From: Girardia tigrina
Taxonomy: Eukaryota
Length of the DNA stretch: 64,000 nucleotides
Assembly: GCA_001938485.1 (NCBI GenBank)
Contig: MQRK01170342.1
Span: 1-64,000, forward strand
Reading direction: 5' to 3'
The position numbers were made by a program, and so were the translations under genes. Each line of letters begins with the position of its first letter. The first letter of the stretch is position 1. Below the pieces are notes generated by a model that was given only the letters and a program-made list of their open reading frames with translations, had not been told where the DNA came from and did not search any database. Of the stretch, positions 40,330-52,692 are shown in pieces.

Positions 40330-40630
40330 TTACTCGCTGAGAGAAAACAATTTCAAAGGTATATGGTTTTCACCTATGTGACACTCCATTTATCGCCGTA
40401 TCCCAGAATTCGTCCGTTTTCAGTTCCACCAGAGATTTTCACCACGGTTTCGAATTTCAAGGATCAATTCAGATTAATAGGAGTGGATTGTCTTTAAATA
40501 CTCGTAAATAAAATAATATTTGGGGTATGTACGTTGCTTGACCAAGAGTGGAAACCAGAAAATGATTATATGTTTATGTACCGCGTAGAAAATGCAAAAA
40601 CATTGTATGGACAACAACTTTGCAATTAAA
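40330..40630 (+). mobile_element. Helitron PIF1-helicase C-terminal remnant
   Basis: Frameshifted RIRPFSV..TT..KDQFRLIGVD / GMYVA*PRV..LYVY..KCKNIVW resembles RxQFPV..KSQGQ..GQLYVAxSRV..TKNIVY. Confidence 0.65.
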
Positions 40631-40921
40631 AGTTTGATTTCACTCTATTTTGCTGAAAATGATCCTAAATTAATATTACCAAAGAAAAGATTAGAAGTTG
40701 AACGACAAAACTGAAGAGTATTTTACATTAATATCAATCAAGAACATTTAAAGACATGAGTTGCGATGTATTTTTGGCCTTAAAACATGTCTTATCTTAC
40801 TGCCTTAATCATCGGATACCTCTGTTAGTTTAATAATCAAGATAATCTTTGATCAATGATATAATGTTAACACAATATATTAATTTGACTTTTTTACGAA
40901 TTTATTCCTTATTTATTTCAG

Positions 40922-41053
40922 TTTGCTCAATATGCAATAATCATGGAAGATAATGTTGACTCTTCTGTTGATCTTTTACATTATTTCAATCAAACCATTC
41001 AATTTGTTAAGAACCAGTCGAAAATCTTTACAGTTTCTGCATCCAGCAATCAA
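40922..41053 (+). CDS. POMGNT1: POMGNT1-like exon G (DxD-motif exon)
   Basis: tttcag|...|gtaaat; AQYAIIMEDNVDSSVDLLHYFNQTIQFVKNQSKIFTVSASSNQ resembles [43 protein letters not shown]; 132 nt. Confidence 0.92.
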
Positions 41054-41427
41054 GTAAATTAACCTCTTTAATATAATATTTTGGATTTTCTGGCATTAAG
41101 AAAATTATTTTACAATTATTATAATGATAATGATAATATTTCATGATAATTGGTGGCGTGTAGACGAACCTATATGAATTCATTATAGTATTTTAAGAAT
41201 TTGAATAATTTAATTTAATTCGGGGGATTATGATGAATCATTTAAAACAAACTAATATCATGAAAGAAAAGGAAAAATATTTTCCAGGCAAATTAATTTA
41301 TTTTCAAATTTCACTAAAAATAAAAACTCTTATCATCTATAAAAACATAAAAATTATAACTGAGTTTTTTGAATTTTTATTTATTTTATTATTTTTTTAA
41401 AATTATTTTTAAAAAAATAATTTTTAA

Positions 41428-41620
41428 CACATTGTTGACCGGTCACGAGTTACCATATGTTTGCACTTGCATTAGCTATTTCATTATATGAAACACAGGG
41501 GGTTTACTGAAAAAACATCGCAGAAATTGTTAAAACATTTTTTGCACGTGCTGTGAGTCAATACTTAAATCGGGACATAAATGAATTCCTTAGATGTGTC
41601 GCACATAATATATTGTATTA
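41428..41620. mobile_element. piggyBac-like end
   Basis: TTAA|CACATTGTTGACCGGTCACGAG start, like the 31200 element; no partner end found. Confidence 0.45.
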
Positions 41621-41804
41621 AAAATATTTTAAAATAATTTTGTGATATGTGAAACAATTTTAATTAAATATATATTAAAATTCATGTTGTTTTGTAATAT
41701 TTTTTCAAATATATAAATTTTGTAAGTTTTGTGATGTTTTTAGATAATTTAATAATATAATTTCGTGATTTTTTTCCATTTTTTTATTAGCTTACCTTCT
41801 ATGT

Positions 41805-41837
<33 letters not shown>

Positions 41838-42598
41838 NNNNNNNNNNNNNNNNNNNNNNNNNNNNNNNNNNNNNNNNNNNNNNNNNNNNNNNNNNNNNNN
41901 NNNNNNNNNNNNNNNNNNNNNNNNNNNNNNNNNNNNNNNNNNNNNNNNNNNNNNNNNNNNNNNNNNNNNNNNNNNNNNNNNNNNNNNNNNNNNNNNNNNN
42001 NNNNNNNNNNNNNNNNNNNNNNNNNNNNNNNNNNNNNNNNNNNNNNNNNNNNNNNNNNNNNNNNNNNNNNNNNNNNNNNNNNNNNNNNNNNNNNNNNNNN
42101 NNNNNNNNNNNNNNNNNNNNNNNNNNNNNNNNNNNNNNNNNNNNNNNNNNNNNNNNNNNNNNNNNNNNNNNNNNNNNNNNNNNNNNNNNNNNNNNNNNNN
42201 NNNNNNNNNNNNNNNNNNNNNNNNNNNNNNNNNNNNNNNNNNNNNNNNNNNNNNNNNNNNNNNNNNNNNNNNNNNNNNNNNNNNNNNNNNNNNNNNNNNN
42301 NNNNNNNNNNNNNNNNNNNNNNNNNNNNNNNNNNNNNNNNNNNNNNNNNNNNNNNNNNNNNNNNNNNNNNNNNNNNNNNNNNNNNNNNNNNNNNNNNNNN
42401 NNNNNNNNNNNNNNNNNNNNNNNNNNNNNNNNNNNNNNNNNNNNNNNNNNNNNNNNNNNNNNNNNNNNNNNNNNNNNNNNNNNNNNNNNNNNNNNNNNNN
42501 NNNNNNNNNNNNNNNNNNNNNNNNNNNNNNNNNNNNNNNNNNNNNNNNNNNNNNNNNNNNNNNNNNNNNNNNNNNNNNNNNNNNNNNNNNNNNNNNNN

Positions 42599-42629
<31 letters not shown>

Positions 42630-42634
<5 letters not shown>

Positions 42635-42950
42635 ATGGAATTTAGAAACCTATTTTTGAAGGCTTTTTCCTCAATCGATTTTCTTCAAACTTTTCACACT
42701 TACTCATTTTCGATGACAATAAATGTTTATGTGAAAATTTGATCGAAAAAAATTTTTAAGATTCCAAAATAAAAAAAACGGAAAATTCAGAGTTCCCGAG
42801 CAATATTAATTGCCAGATATCTACTTATAAATTATAAGTAGTTTATATTAATTTTTAATGTGTTTTTTTAATTAAAAGGTTTGAAATATTAAAAAACTTT
42901 GTATGCATAAAGAATTGATTTAAAAAATTAAATTTTTTGAGTTGCTAGTT
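42630..42950 (+). repeat. Dispersed repeat family X, copy 3
   Basis: Aligns with 17535-17835. Confidence 0.85.
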
Positions 42951-44224
42951 TATAATGTTTTTAACGATGTTTTTCCGGATTCTTAATCAGGTCAATATAG
43001 AATACTACAAAGAGCTGTGTTCATCGTGTTTAAATGTGTCCCTTTTATTATAAAAAAGTTTATTGGAGGTTATTTATATTAATTTATTCCCACATTTAAT
43101 TGCGAAATAATCTTTGGTGATATGAGATAGATTCAGGTAAAATTGTCTGCCAACAGTGTGTTAAGACGTCATTTTCGACATATGAAGAGAAACCTAAAGC
43201 ATGCAATTTTTGTAGAATGGTCTCTCCTAGCTCAAGGATAACATGTTCTTTTATGTGTCATATTATAAGTCATGTACATTTGTAGGGGTGAAAAAGAATA
43301 CAAATAGAAATAGAAACAAGTATTTCATTTTTTTTAATAAAATTAATTAATTCATAAGAATCCAATATTTTTATCACGTAGAAATTTAGAAAAAAGAATC
43401 TAATTTAAATATTTATTTATTATTATTGACATCAAAGACTGTGCCGAGAAATCACTTCTTATTCATTCACTTAAACAATATATTAATAAACAACATAAAT
43501 CGTAATGTTTCCAGACCTCAGAAACCTAATTTTATAATTTGGCATTATTTAGAAATACGATTTATCAAAAATAATATGATATTTAGACATTTTTATAATA
43601 TTTCCTTTAAAATAATAATGAACAGAAAATAATTAAACAAAAATTTTCTATTTTTTCAAATTTTTTAAAATGCTATCATGATTTTATTATTTATTACTAA
43701 TATACTTTTAGAATTGCGTATTCTTTTATTTTATATATGTAAATAGCATTTATACCACTTGCATTATCACTGCGTTCATAAACTATGAATCATACTTCAA
43801 CACCAAAATTTTATTAATGACAATAATTCACATTATTAAAAAAAATTCTTATTAATTCATTTATTTTGCCAAAATCAATCTAATAATTTTTTCTTCCAAT
43901 TCAATTTGTAAAATTTAAAACTTTAATTAATAAAATTAATTTTTAAATTATAGCTTAAAATTTTTATAAAATTTTATCCTAAAACTAATTAATTTAAATT
44001 TACAATGAACCTTTTATTTAAAAAACTATTTCTTAAAATAATATAAAGTTATATGCAATTATAATTTATTTGAAAATTCTTATTTTAAAACTTTTATTAA
44101 AATATATCAATTTTTATGACTGTAAACATTTATTTATTTTGCATAAGTTTTTTAAACTAATTCCGAATTCTTTTAGTCTTTTTTTCTACTAACTCTATAC
44201 ATTTTTCAGCTGTCATTGTCCCTT

Positions 44225-44345
44225 CCACTCGAATGAGACCTAGATTCCAAAATTTACCGTTTGAATACACATTTAAGTTTAGATATCGACGATTTCCTGT
44301 TGAGGTCCATTCGTCAAATGAAAGACAAAACCAGTCATTTTGTTT
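44225..44345 (+). mobile_element. Helitron helicase fragment
   Basis: PRFQNLPFEYTFKFRYRRFPVEV...QNQSF resembles PRIP..PFxFKRxQFPV..SQGQ. Confidence 0.5.
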
Positions 44346-46005
44346 AATAATGCTTTCCAGTTGGAAAGTTATTTTGTCTACTGTATATAAAAACCTATAT
44401 CTATCGTTTGTGTCTTATTTATAAAAATAGAATATATTACATTCTCAAAGTCAAATTTAAAAGAAACAATAGCGTAAGTTTTAGACTCAAAACTTTCCAA
44501 ACTGGAAAAATAAAAAAATCAATCAAAACTTTTTAAAGTCAAATCGTCAATGGAGAGGTACGACGAAACTGCCGCTTGATATTTCTATTATATTTCAGAA
44601 TATTAAACTCTGAAAATAATTATTAAAATAATATTAATAAATTATCGTCTGATTTGCTTTTCCCGAGAGTTATAAATAACAGAATTCTTCAAACTGCATT
44701 ATTTTACAATATTATATTTTTATTTGTAAAGGGTTCTCTTTCTTCATAATCCGTCTGAAGAGTTAGTTATATGATTTTGTATTTATTCGATATGAGTTAT
44801 TGTTATAGTTATTATTGCTTTATTTTTATTTTAGTACGCTTTTAGTGACATTATTTTATTCATATAATTGTATAAGTAATTAAGATTAAATAAAAATAAA
44901 TCGATAAAAGATGAAATATCATTACAAAACGATTATAAAATTCCTATTATTTCAGATATTAGTTTTATATTATTTATATTTTTAAAGTCATTGGAAACCT
45001 TCTAAACGTATTTTTTCCGTTACTTTTATACAAAATAAAATGTTCTTAACGTAGGTTATTTATACACGTTAATATTTTAAAATGATGATTTTTTAATACG
45101 TTTGATAAATATGTTAATATAAAAATAAAACAAATTCATTTGTACAAATACTTTTTTTATGAAATAATCTAAATATATTTCACTTAATGAAATAGGAAAT
45201 GATAATTTATTCAATAATATCGTTCTCTATCATTTCTTCTGTCAAATGATTTTTTTGTGGGTTGTCTTAAAATATTATTTTGTTAAACTTTTGTTTGAGA
45301 ATCATATAATAAAAAATCGAATACGAAAAGAACGTTTATCGTACTTTATTACCATTTTAAAAACGTTGAAGAAATGATCGAATAAAAAGTATTTGGAATA
45401 CTTTTGTATAAGTGAATTTACAGAACAGGATTGACTAATTCGTTCGTTCTATAAATTCACTCACGGTGGGCGTAAATTTAATTGAATAAATATTTTCTTG
45501 ATCGATTTTGTCTTTTGCAAATAACATAGAATAAAAAAATAACGTGTGAAAATATTATGAAATTCAACAATAACTATATAACTGAAGGAGGAAAAAGTAT
45601 TTCAAAACAAATAACAAATCACAGTAAAAAGAGCGAGTCCGAAAAACCGAAATTACTTTAGGTGTATCAGTCACAGTTGTGATCGAGATAAACCATCTAC
45701 AAGTATTTGACTTCCGATAATGATGTCTGTCATTTCCAATTCCAGAATCATAAAATATCATTTCAATGTATCGGTCTGGGCTGTAAACAACAAATCGCTT
45801 GGTATGGCAGGCATATCATTTGCGTTGTTTTGCCTTCTTTTTCTTTCTCTTTGTAAAGTTCGAAAAAAAGTCGATCTTGTTTGAAGGTTCATTAAAACTG
45901 AATCAGGCAAATCTAATGAAACAGATGATTGATCTGGAGATGGAGTCATGGTAAAATTTGACATCAAAAATTTCATTTCACCAACTGCCTTTCTTGATAA
46001 GCTGA

Positions 46006-47700
46006 TGTAATAGTCCACTGGCTAAATTAATATTTATTTTTTTTACTTTCAACCTAACGATGTGTATTTTATTTTTACATGTGTGTTCCTTGCTTCATGT
46101 ACTTTCGTTCATTTGTTTTGTTTTTATTTTTGGCATTACTTTNNNNNNNNNNNNNNNNNNNNNNNNNNNNNNNNNNNNNNNNNNNNNNNNNNGGACGCGC
46201 AACAAAACAAAGGACACGTAGTTTAGGGGTCTAATGATGCATGACAGATTCTAGGTCCAACATAAAACGCAACAAGCGATGCATGAAAAAATTCTTTTTC
46301 TTTAAAATATTTTTGATTTAAATTTGTAATATTTATAACATAATATGAATAACATCATCTCGTTATTCATAAAAATAATAAAGAAAAATTATTTGACAAA
46401 ATACTATAAAAAAATAAAAAAAACAAAAATAAAATAAATAGATAAATATTGTCATTATATACAACCCCAACATTCGTGGGGGGGTCATTTAGTTATGACC
46501 TCATAACTGTTAATAACAAGAGTCAATGATCGCAATAATGTCATTAGATGTTCCTTCTCTTCCCGGTCCGTCGTCGAGTTCCTTGGCGATTGTGACGAGG
46601 TCGATACGAACATCCCTTGCTTTGTGATTTCCTTGATCTCTGTTCCGTTGGAAACGTTGATAGTCGTAGGAGAATATATTGTCATCACACCAAGAACTCG
46701 AGGGTAACTCCAACTGTGGCCTAAAGCAATGTGGAGCTCGCATATGAACAAAGGTCGAGTTATTTTGGGGTAAAGTTGCTGGTGCTGGTAGGGTATTTAT
46801 AGAGTTATTTAAAAAAGCTTGGAACCCTTCTCTGTTTTCTTCTTCCATTAGAAAAACTTCTAATTCGGTTGGGTTAATAAACCCTTCGTCAACTGGTACT
46901 AACAAATCAAGATCCGTAGGGTTAATCAGATCCAAGTCAATGGGTACTAATAGGTCAAGATCCTCCTCTTCAGTAAAGTAAGAGTCGGAATCGTTGACTA
47001 AATTTTTGACGGTAGGGGAAGTATGCTTGTAATAGTCCACTGGCTAAATTAATATTTATTTTTTTTTTACTTTCAACCTAACGATGTGTATTTTATTTTT
47101 ACATGTGTGTTCCTTGCTTCATGTACTTTCGTTCATTTGTTTTGTTTTTATTTTTGGCATTACTTTGTTTTTATGTATTTTTTATTTTTTTTTACAAAAT
47201 GGTGAAGTCAGAAAGTAAAAGAGGGAGTCCCAGTAAAGAAATTAATAAGAAGGTCACAATGGAAGACGAAAAGGAAATTATATTATAATCATATTTTGCT
47301 ATGGTTAATTAAAATTTAAAATTCATATTGATTTACAAAATCAATAAAATTTTAAATAAACATAGTAAAATTTTTGGCCTAACCAACGAAGAATACGGAA
47401 CTAATTCTACTTAATTTATTATTTGGACAGTTTGTTTTTTGAACTAATTTTGACATTCGTACGGTACTTTATTCTCTATTTTGTTGATTTGTTATAGCAA
47501 TAATATTAAAAAGGTTTAATCTGTATTTGTCTGATTTTATTTTGTTTTCGGTTTAAATTACAAAAGAATACAACTAGGTTCACTAAGAGACATATTTTGG
47601 TCAACTTAGTTTATTCGCTTCTGGATTAATACTCTAAAAAGCTATAAAAAATATAAAAACAATCAAGTTGACTAATACCAGTGCATTGGTTGTTTTTATA
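46006..47700 (+). mobile_element. Young LTR retrotransposon, interior partly in a gap
   Basis: TSD GCTGA (46001-46005, 47701-47705); TGTAA...TTATA ends; 46006-46142 near-identical to 47028-47166; purine tract GGTAGGGGAAG just before 47028. Confidence 0.75.
46510..47040 (-). CDS. Antisense 176-codon ORF in the LTR element, unknown product
   Basis: Stop-free in AT-rich context; acidic repeat DLDLLVP[IV]D...INPT twice; GTG start or needs splicing. Confidence 0.4.
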   Translation of the reverse strand: MDYYKHTSPTVKNLVNDSDSYFTEEEDLDLLVPIDLDLINPTDLDLLVPVDEGFINPTELEVFLMEEENREGFQAFLNNSINTLPAPATLPQNNSTFVHMRAPHCFRPQLELPSSSWCDDNIFSYDYQRFQRNRDQGNHKARDVRIDLVTIAKELDDGPGREGTSNDIIAIIDSCY

Positions 47701-48329
47701 GCTGATATCAACGTTTCCTTCGTGTGTATGTTCACATTCTGGTTCTCGCACTATCAAATTATCTTCGGTATGGATCCCTGCTTTGCCGTTCATTTTTAGG
47801 TAAAACCGACAAAGCCAAGATATTTTTTTCAGAAGCATTTGTTCTTTCCTTAACGTACTCGAAGTGTCGAAAAATAATTGTAGGTTTATTCTTTTCAGTT
47901 ACGCCGAACGTGAAATTCATCCTCTAAGAATATGTGTTATTTATAGGGGCTGAAATTAAGAAATATTTTAGCAAATCGACTTTATACTGTTTCTAACAAA
48001 CATTAGAAATAAAATTTTAATAAAATTATCTTGAAAAGATGCCTTAATAATTTTTTTTATCACGTGATATAAATTAAAAAATAATTTTTTTTAAAAAAAA
48101 TCACATTATAATAGAAAATAAAAAAAAGTATTCACCTAAATATTTTTTAGAGATTTATATTATACAATGATATAATAAATTCAGGTTATTAATAATTTCT
48201 TTTTGTTTCATTTTTCATTTCATTTTGTTTCATTTTGTTTTCATTTTTAAATAACAAAAAATTTTAATTTGAGATTATAAAGGATGTGAAAATATTTTGC
48301 TTGATTGTATTGCGCTTAATAGTCGGAGC

Positions 48330-48800
48330 ACAAACCGATCTTGTTCATAAATATACATGTAATGGGTGTAACGCCACATACATTGGAGAGAAATCTCGTC
48401 ATCTCTGCAAACGGATCAAAGAGCACAGTCGATTGGATAATGGGTGCAATATTGCCGAACATAATTTAAAATGTAAAAAGAAAATCGGAGAAAAAGATTT
48501 TCAAATTCTGTGTAATCGATTTAAAAACTACTGGGAGAGAGTAACGTGTGAGGCCTTATTAATAAGATCCATGGATCCAAAAATTAATATTCAAGCTACA
48601 CACTCAACTTCTCTGTTAAACATTTTCAAATAGAGCCTTTATTACATTATTGATTGCATAATCACCTTTCCCATATATAAGCTACAAAAAGTCAGTGTTA
48701 ATTTAGTCTGAAGATGGCGGGTAATCCACCGAAATTAATTACGAAAATAAATTGTGAAAAATGGCGTTCACTTTTTAATAATGAATATCAATTACCATTA
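48330..48800 (+). mobile_element. Penelope-like 3' end (GIY-YIG endonuclease + terminus)
   Basis: VHKYTCNGCNATYIGEKSRHLCKRIKEH...EALLIRSMDPKIN followed by a hammerhead motif. Confidence 0.92.
48705..48742 (+). ncRNA. Minimal hammerhead motif (imperfect)
   Basis: gu-CUGAAGA-u-ggcgg guaau ccacc-GAAAU-UA-AUU-ac; one stem II mismatch. Confidence 0.6.
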
Positions 48801-49084
48801 TTTTTTAAATTCCTTATATATTGACAAAATACTTGGGATTTTTAAAATGATGGGATCAACAGGTATTTTTCCAAAAAATATAATTTTGAAACTCTCAGTC
48901 ATGACATTTTTTGTGAAAAAAAACGAAATTACCAAGTTACACATATTTAATCCAAATAAATACCAAAAAAAGAGAATCTTTTAGAAAACATTTTACATAA
49001 TAAATAAAAATCTTCTGAAGATAATGATCAAAGTTGACTACAAATATTTTTTTATAAATACTGAAATAAATTAGACATTAAAAT

Positions 49085-49730
49085 TAAGAAGTGTAATAAA
49101 CTCCACGGGAAAGCACAAAGGGGAACACTACATTTAATGCACATATGACACGTTTTCTAACCGAACGCCTTTCGATTTGCATACTTTACACTCCAATTTA
49201 GATTTCCTTGAGGATTCTTTGAAATAAATGAGCGAGAATGTAGTTAAAAAATCAATGGTGGTGGATGATTTTAAGGTCTTCGGAATCTTTTTTTTATTAG
49301 TATTTGTCTAAACAGTGCTTTATCAAAATGAGTTTGAAATTTGAAAAATCCATTGGTTGTTTTTGATTTGATTGACAAACTTCTTAACTGTTGAAAAAGT
49401 CATTTCTAGGAGGAGAAAAGATTTTTATACATTCTTGGGTTCAGAGTTTGTAAAAGACATTTTTATATCGGTTTCATCAACAGTTCTTGTGTTTGCTGTA
49501 TAATTCAAAATATATGATGGCTTTCTAATAAAATTTGCTGTAGAAAAATTTATCTTTTTCACTCTTTAGCAATGTTGTTCCGTTAATTGATATTAGTATA
49601 TGAACTTCTTCTTTAGTCGCTCAATGTTAATGAAAGATTGAAAACGATTTTCTATATCATTTTATTTCTTTTCCAGAAAAAAATCATGTATGCTTTTCTG
49701 TTCTTCTTTGCCGTTCTAAATGTACCTGTT
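49085..49730 (-). mobile_element. piggyBac transposase C-terminal remnant
   Basis: KPSYILNY...VDETDIKMS and the cysteine-rich tail CKVCKSKGVR..C..CIKCSVPLC. Confidence 0.75.
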
Positions 49731-50059
49731 TTATTTTTTATGAGTTCAAATGAGGCTGATTAAGTTCTATTACAATTTAGTTTCTCATGCTGAGTTCAAA
49801 TATCAATAGAAATCTCTGCGTCTTTACCGGAGAAGATTATAAATCGAAAAATCTTATAAATTTACTTTTGTTCTTTACAATTTAAACGATGAATTTATTT
49901 TTCAAAGTGTATTTAAAATAAACGGGCCTTATATATTTATATTTCCAACGCAATTTAGAAGCGCTATTGGTGGATATATACATATACTTACCTGGTTAAA
50001 TATAATTAAAAAACGTTTCTAATAAAGAGATGATTAAACGAAATTAAATAACAATTACT

Positions 50060-50950
50060 AAACGATTATTATTGTAATTCATCCTTATCCGACAAATGCA
50101 TTTCGCGTGTCAGGAGGTTTCATCACCGTACGATTCATCACACTTATTTTTATAATGAAATAGATAATGCAACAAAACCCCCCTGAAGTTCTTCCTACTT
50201 TATCTACGGAATCAATTTTGAACTACATAAATGCAGATAGTAGAAATTGGATTTCGATTTTAGAGAAATAAATTTAATTGATGGTCTCAAACGTGCAAAC
50301 ATTTGGATGGCTAATGAAATTTTCAAAAGATTTCCTGCTTTACTTTTCCAGATACATTCTATTTATTTTAAATTTAGAAATGAGATAAATCCTTTAGCTT
50401 TAAAATAAAATACTGATAAATATTTAATACGTTTTGGCAGAACTAAAGAAATAATTTCAGAAGCTGAACAAGAAAACATGCTTTTGGATTTTTTAATAGG
50501 CTGCTATGGACGCTTTTCATGAAAAAAATCAAATAATAATATCAATGGTTGTAATTTTTATCTCTGTCAGTCTTCTGTAATAAGAGAGCAAGAACTTGTA
50601 TTGCATTCTTTTAGAGAATCAAAGCATGAAGTGCTAAATAAAATAAGATATCATTTGTTTTTAGCTAATGTTTCAGTTGATGAGGTTTCGAAATCTTTTT
50701 TATGAATAACTGCTTTTTTAATTTAAGGCTTTTCAAAGCAAAGCTTTTTTTAAGGGAAGATTATTACCATATCGTGAAGAAATCTTTATACCTGTTTATT
50801 TTATCACAATGTTTTGAATCAACATGAATCAACAATTTACGATATAAGTGAGTACAACCAATATTTTCCAAGTACAACCAATATTCCCATACCAGTCATC
50901 AAACGATGTTTTTTAACTATCCATCAATATATACGTTTTTTAAGTATTCA
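50060..50950 (+). mobile_element. Decayed MULE transposase
   Basis: WMANEIFKRFPALLFQIHSI; MLLDF..AAMDAF..INGCNFYLCQS..IR..FLANVSVDEV. Confidence 0.7.
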
Positions 50951-51261
50951 TAATATCTAGAAGTTTATAGAATGAAATTAATGCAAACTGTAAGTTTTAC
51001 AGCCTGAAGTATTAAGTGAAAGAAAATTTAAGAAGGTTAATGAATCGTCACAGAACCAAATTTATAGCATAAAAATTCAAAATTAAAAATATATTCTAAA
51101 TTATTAACGAATTAAAATTTATTTGTAATAAATTTTTAATAAAAAAAGGAAAATATTTACATTTTACAATTAAAATTGCTAAAATATTATCAATAATAAT
51201 TAAATTGTTTTTATCAATAAATAAACTTCCTTTTAGTTTAAACATGAATTATATTAATAAC

Positions 51262-51640
51262 TAGTAATTCGAACAATTTTTCTAAGTCATTTTTTAAAAT
51301 ATTTAACCTCTAAAAATATTAATTAAAAAATAATAATTTTAACCATTTCTCAATAAATCCCAAAATAATAAAAATGTCATCAAATTATTAAAAATCCATT
51401 TAATTTAATTTTTACCAAAAATTATTAAACTTAATTTTAATTGTTAAATTAAAAAAATATGAACTTATAAAATGATTATTTTAATTATGTTCGAATAGTC
51501 AATCCTTTAAATTTAAATTATAAAAATACCAATTTCCATCTAGATGCGAGAATCTCCATTCTAAATTCAACATACTCAATTCAACATACAGCATCAATAC
51601 ATTCACACATTCAGACAATTTAAAATATTCCTCACAATAT
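51262..51640 (+). repeat. Dispersed repeat family Y, long copy
   Basis: Collinear with 57968-58310 over ~350 bp. Confidence 0.9.
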
Positions 51641-52106
51641 CCATGCTTTATGCTTGCAAATTCTAACAAGCCCACTGTTATTAATAAATAATTAAATCTT
51701 CTGCAGAAAGGTAAAATTTCATACAAAAAAAATTTACAACTCCATTTTACAATTAAATAGTTACTAATAACATAATTTTATTAAAAAGCATGTAAGGAAA
51801 AAACCAAAGTTTTTTAAATCATTTTTAGCTTTTTAAGTTGATAACTTTTCGCATTGATTTAATTCTTTAAAATTTTAAATTAAACAAAATCTATAAATTA
51901 TTTTGCAAATGAAAATTATAACAGACTCCTCATATTTTCCATTACAAAATGGGGGAATCCACCATGTCATTTATATGCAACTTCACAAATCAATTATAAA
52001 ATTGTATTTATCAAGTCCGATTAACTACTTTTTCTTTTAACGTATAATATATAACTTCTGTGAGCTTTACATGTGTTACAGTGACTTTCAAATTGGTTTC
52101 TTGCCA

Positions 52107-52475
52107 ATTTCCTACATTAACTATTGAAGTGCTGGTCTCCGGATTGAGCTGTAGAAACCAGCACCTCTTCAATGTGCGGGAAATCGTCGCTCTGCGGGAC
52201 GGCTCAGTCGGTCTAGAGCCGACCAGAATTTGATTGGACCCGGTCGGTTTTTGTCGGAATACCCCTAAATAACGGTTTCTCGTCCAAATTGCCGCGGTTT
52301 CCTGGACCGCGTTCCCGGCTATTAACACGCCGATATCGCTCTGTTAGTCGACACGCGGCTCGAGTGTGTGGTCGGTGAGGTTGTGGGGATCCGTCATGCG
52401 TCGCCAAATTGTGTGAGGCGATGGCGCATGCGATCGGACCGATTGAGGCAGCTGCCGCACTGTGCGGTTCGAATA
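52107..52475 (+). other. GC-rich, multi-hairpin island (candidate structured RNA)
   Basis: Consecutive hairpins with G-U pairs on the + strand; no family recognised. Confidence 0.55.
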
Positions 52476-52692
52476 GTTATTATAAGTTATAATTTATAAC
52501 TTCCAAAAGACAAAAAATATCGATTTAACACATATATTTCTTCGAAAAACACCATTTAAATTTGTATACTTTTTATTATTTTAATAAGTGTGATTAAACA
52601 AACGTATTGTTTTTTTTAATTTTCACGAGCCCCATATCTATAGTGTATATGAAGTATTTACAAAGATCTCAAGAAGAACTTTTAATAGTTAA

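Larger units (their letters stand above)
45560..47950 (-). mobile_element. MULE 5' half (FLYWCH-like finger) split by an LTR element
   Basis: 47701-47950 ends ..CEHTHEGNVDIS; 45560-46005 continues ISLSRKAVGEMK..TP..RTLQRER..PAIP..YDSG; the halves join once the insertion is removed. Confidence 0.78.

Noticed and set aside
40640-40921. Faint POMGNT1-like peptides upstream of exon G
   Set aside because: Need frameshifts; the matching regions are encoded cleanly by exons E and F
46007-47040. Integrated circular ssDNA replicon (GACTATTAC fits NANTATTAC on the minus strand)
   Set aside because: No stem-loop or Rep motifs; TSD, TG start and purine tract fit an LTR element better
52011-52407. Minus-strand ORFs of 105 and 64 aa
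   Set aside because: Expected by-product of local GC richness; no recognisable motifs
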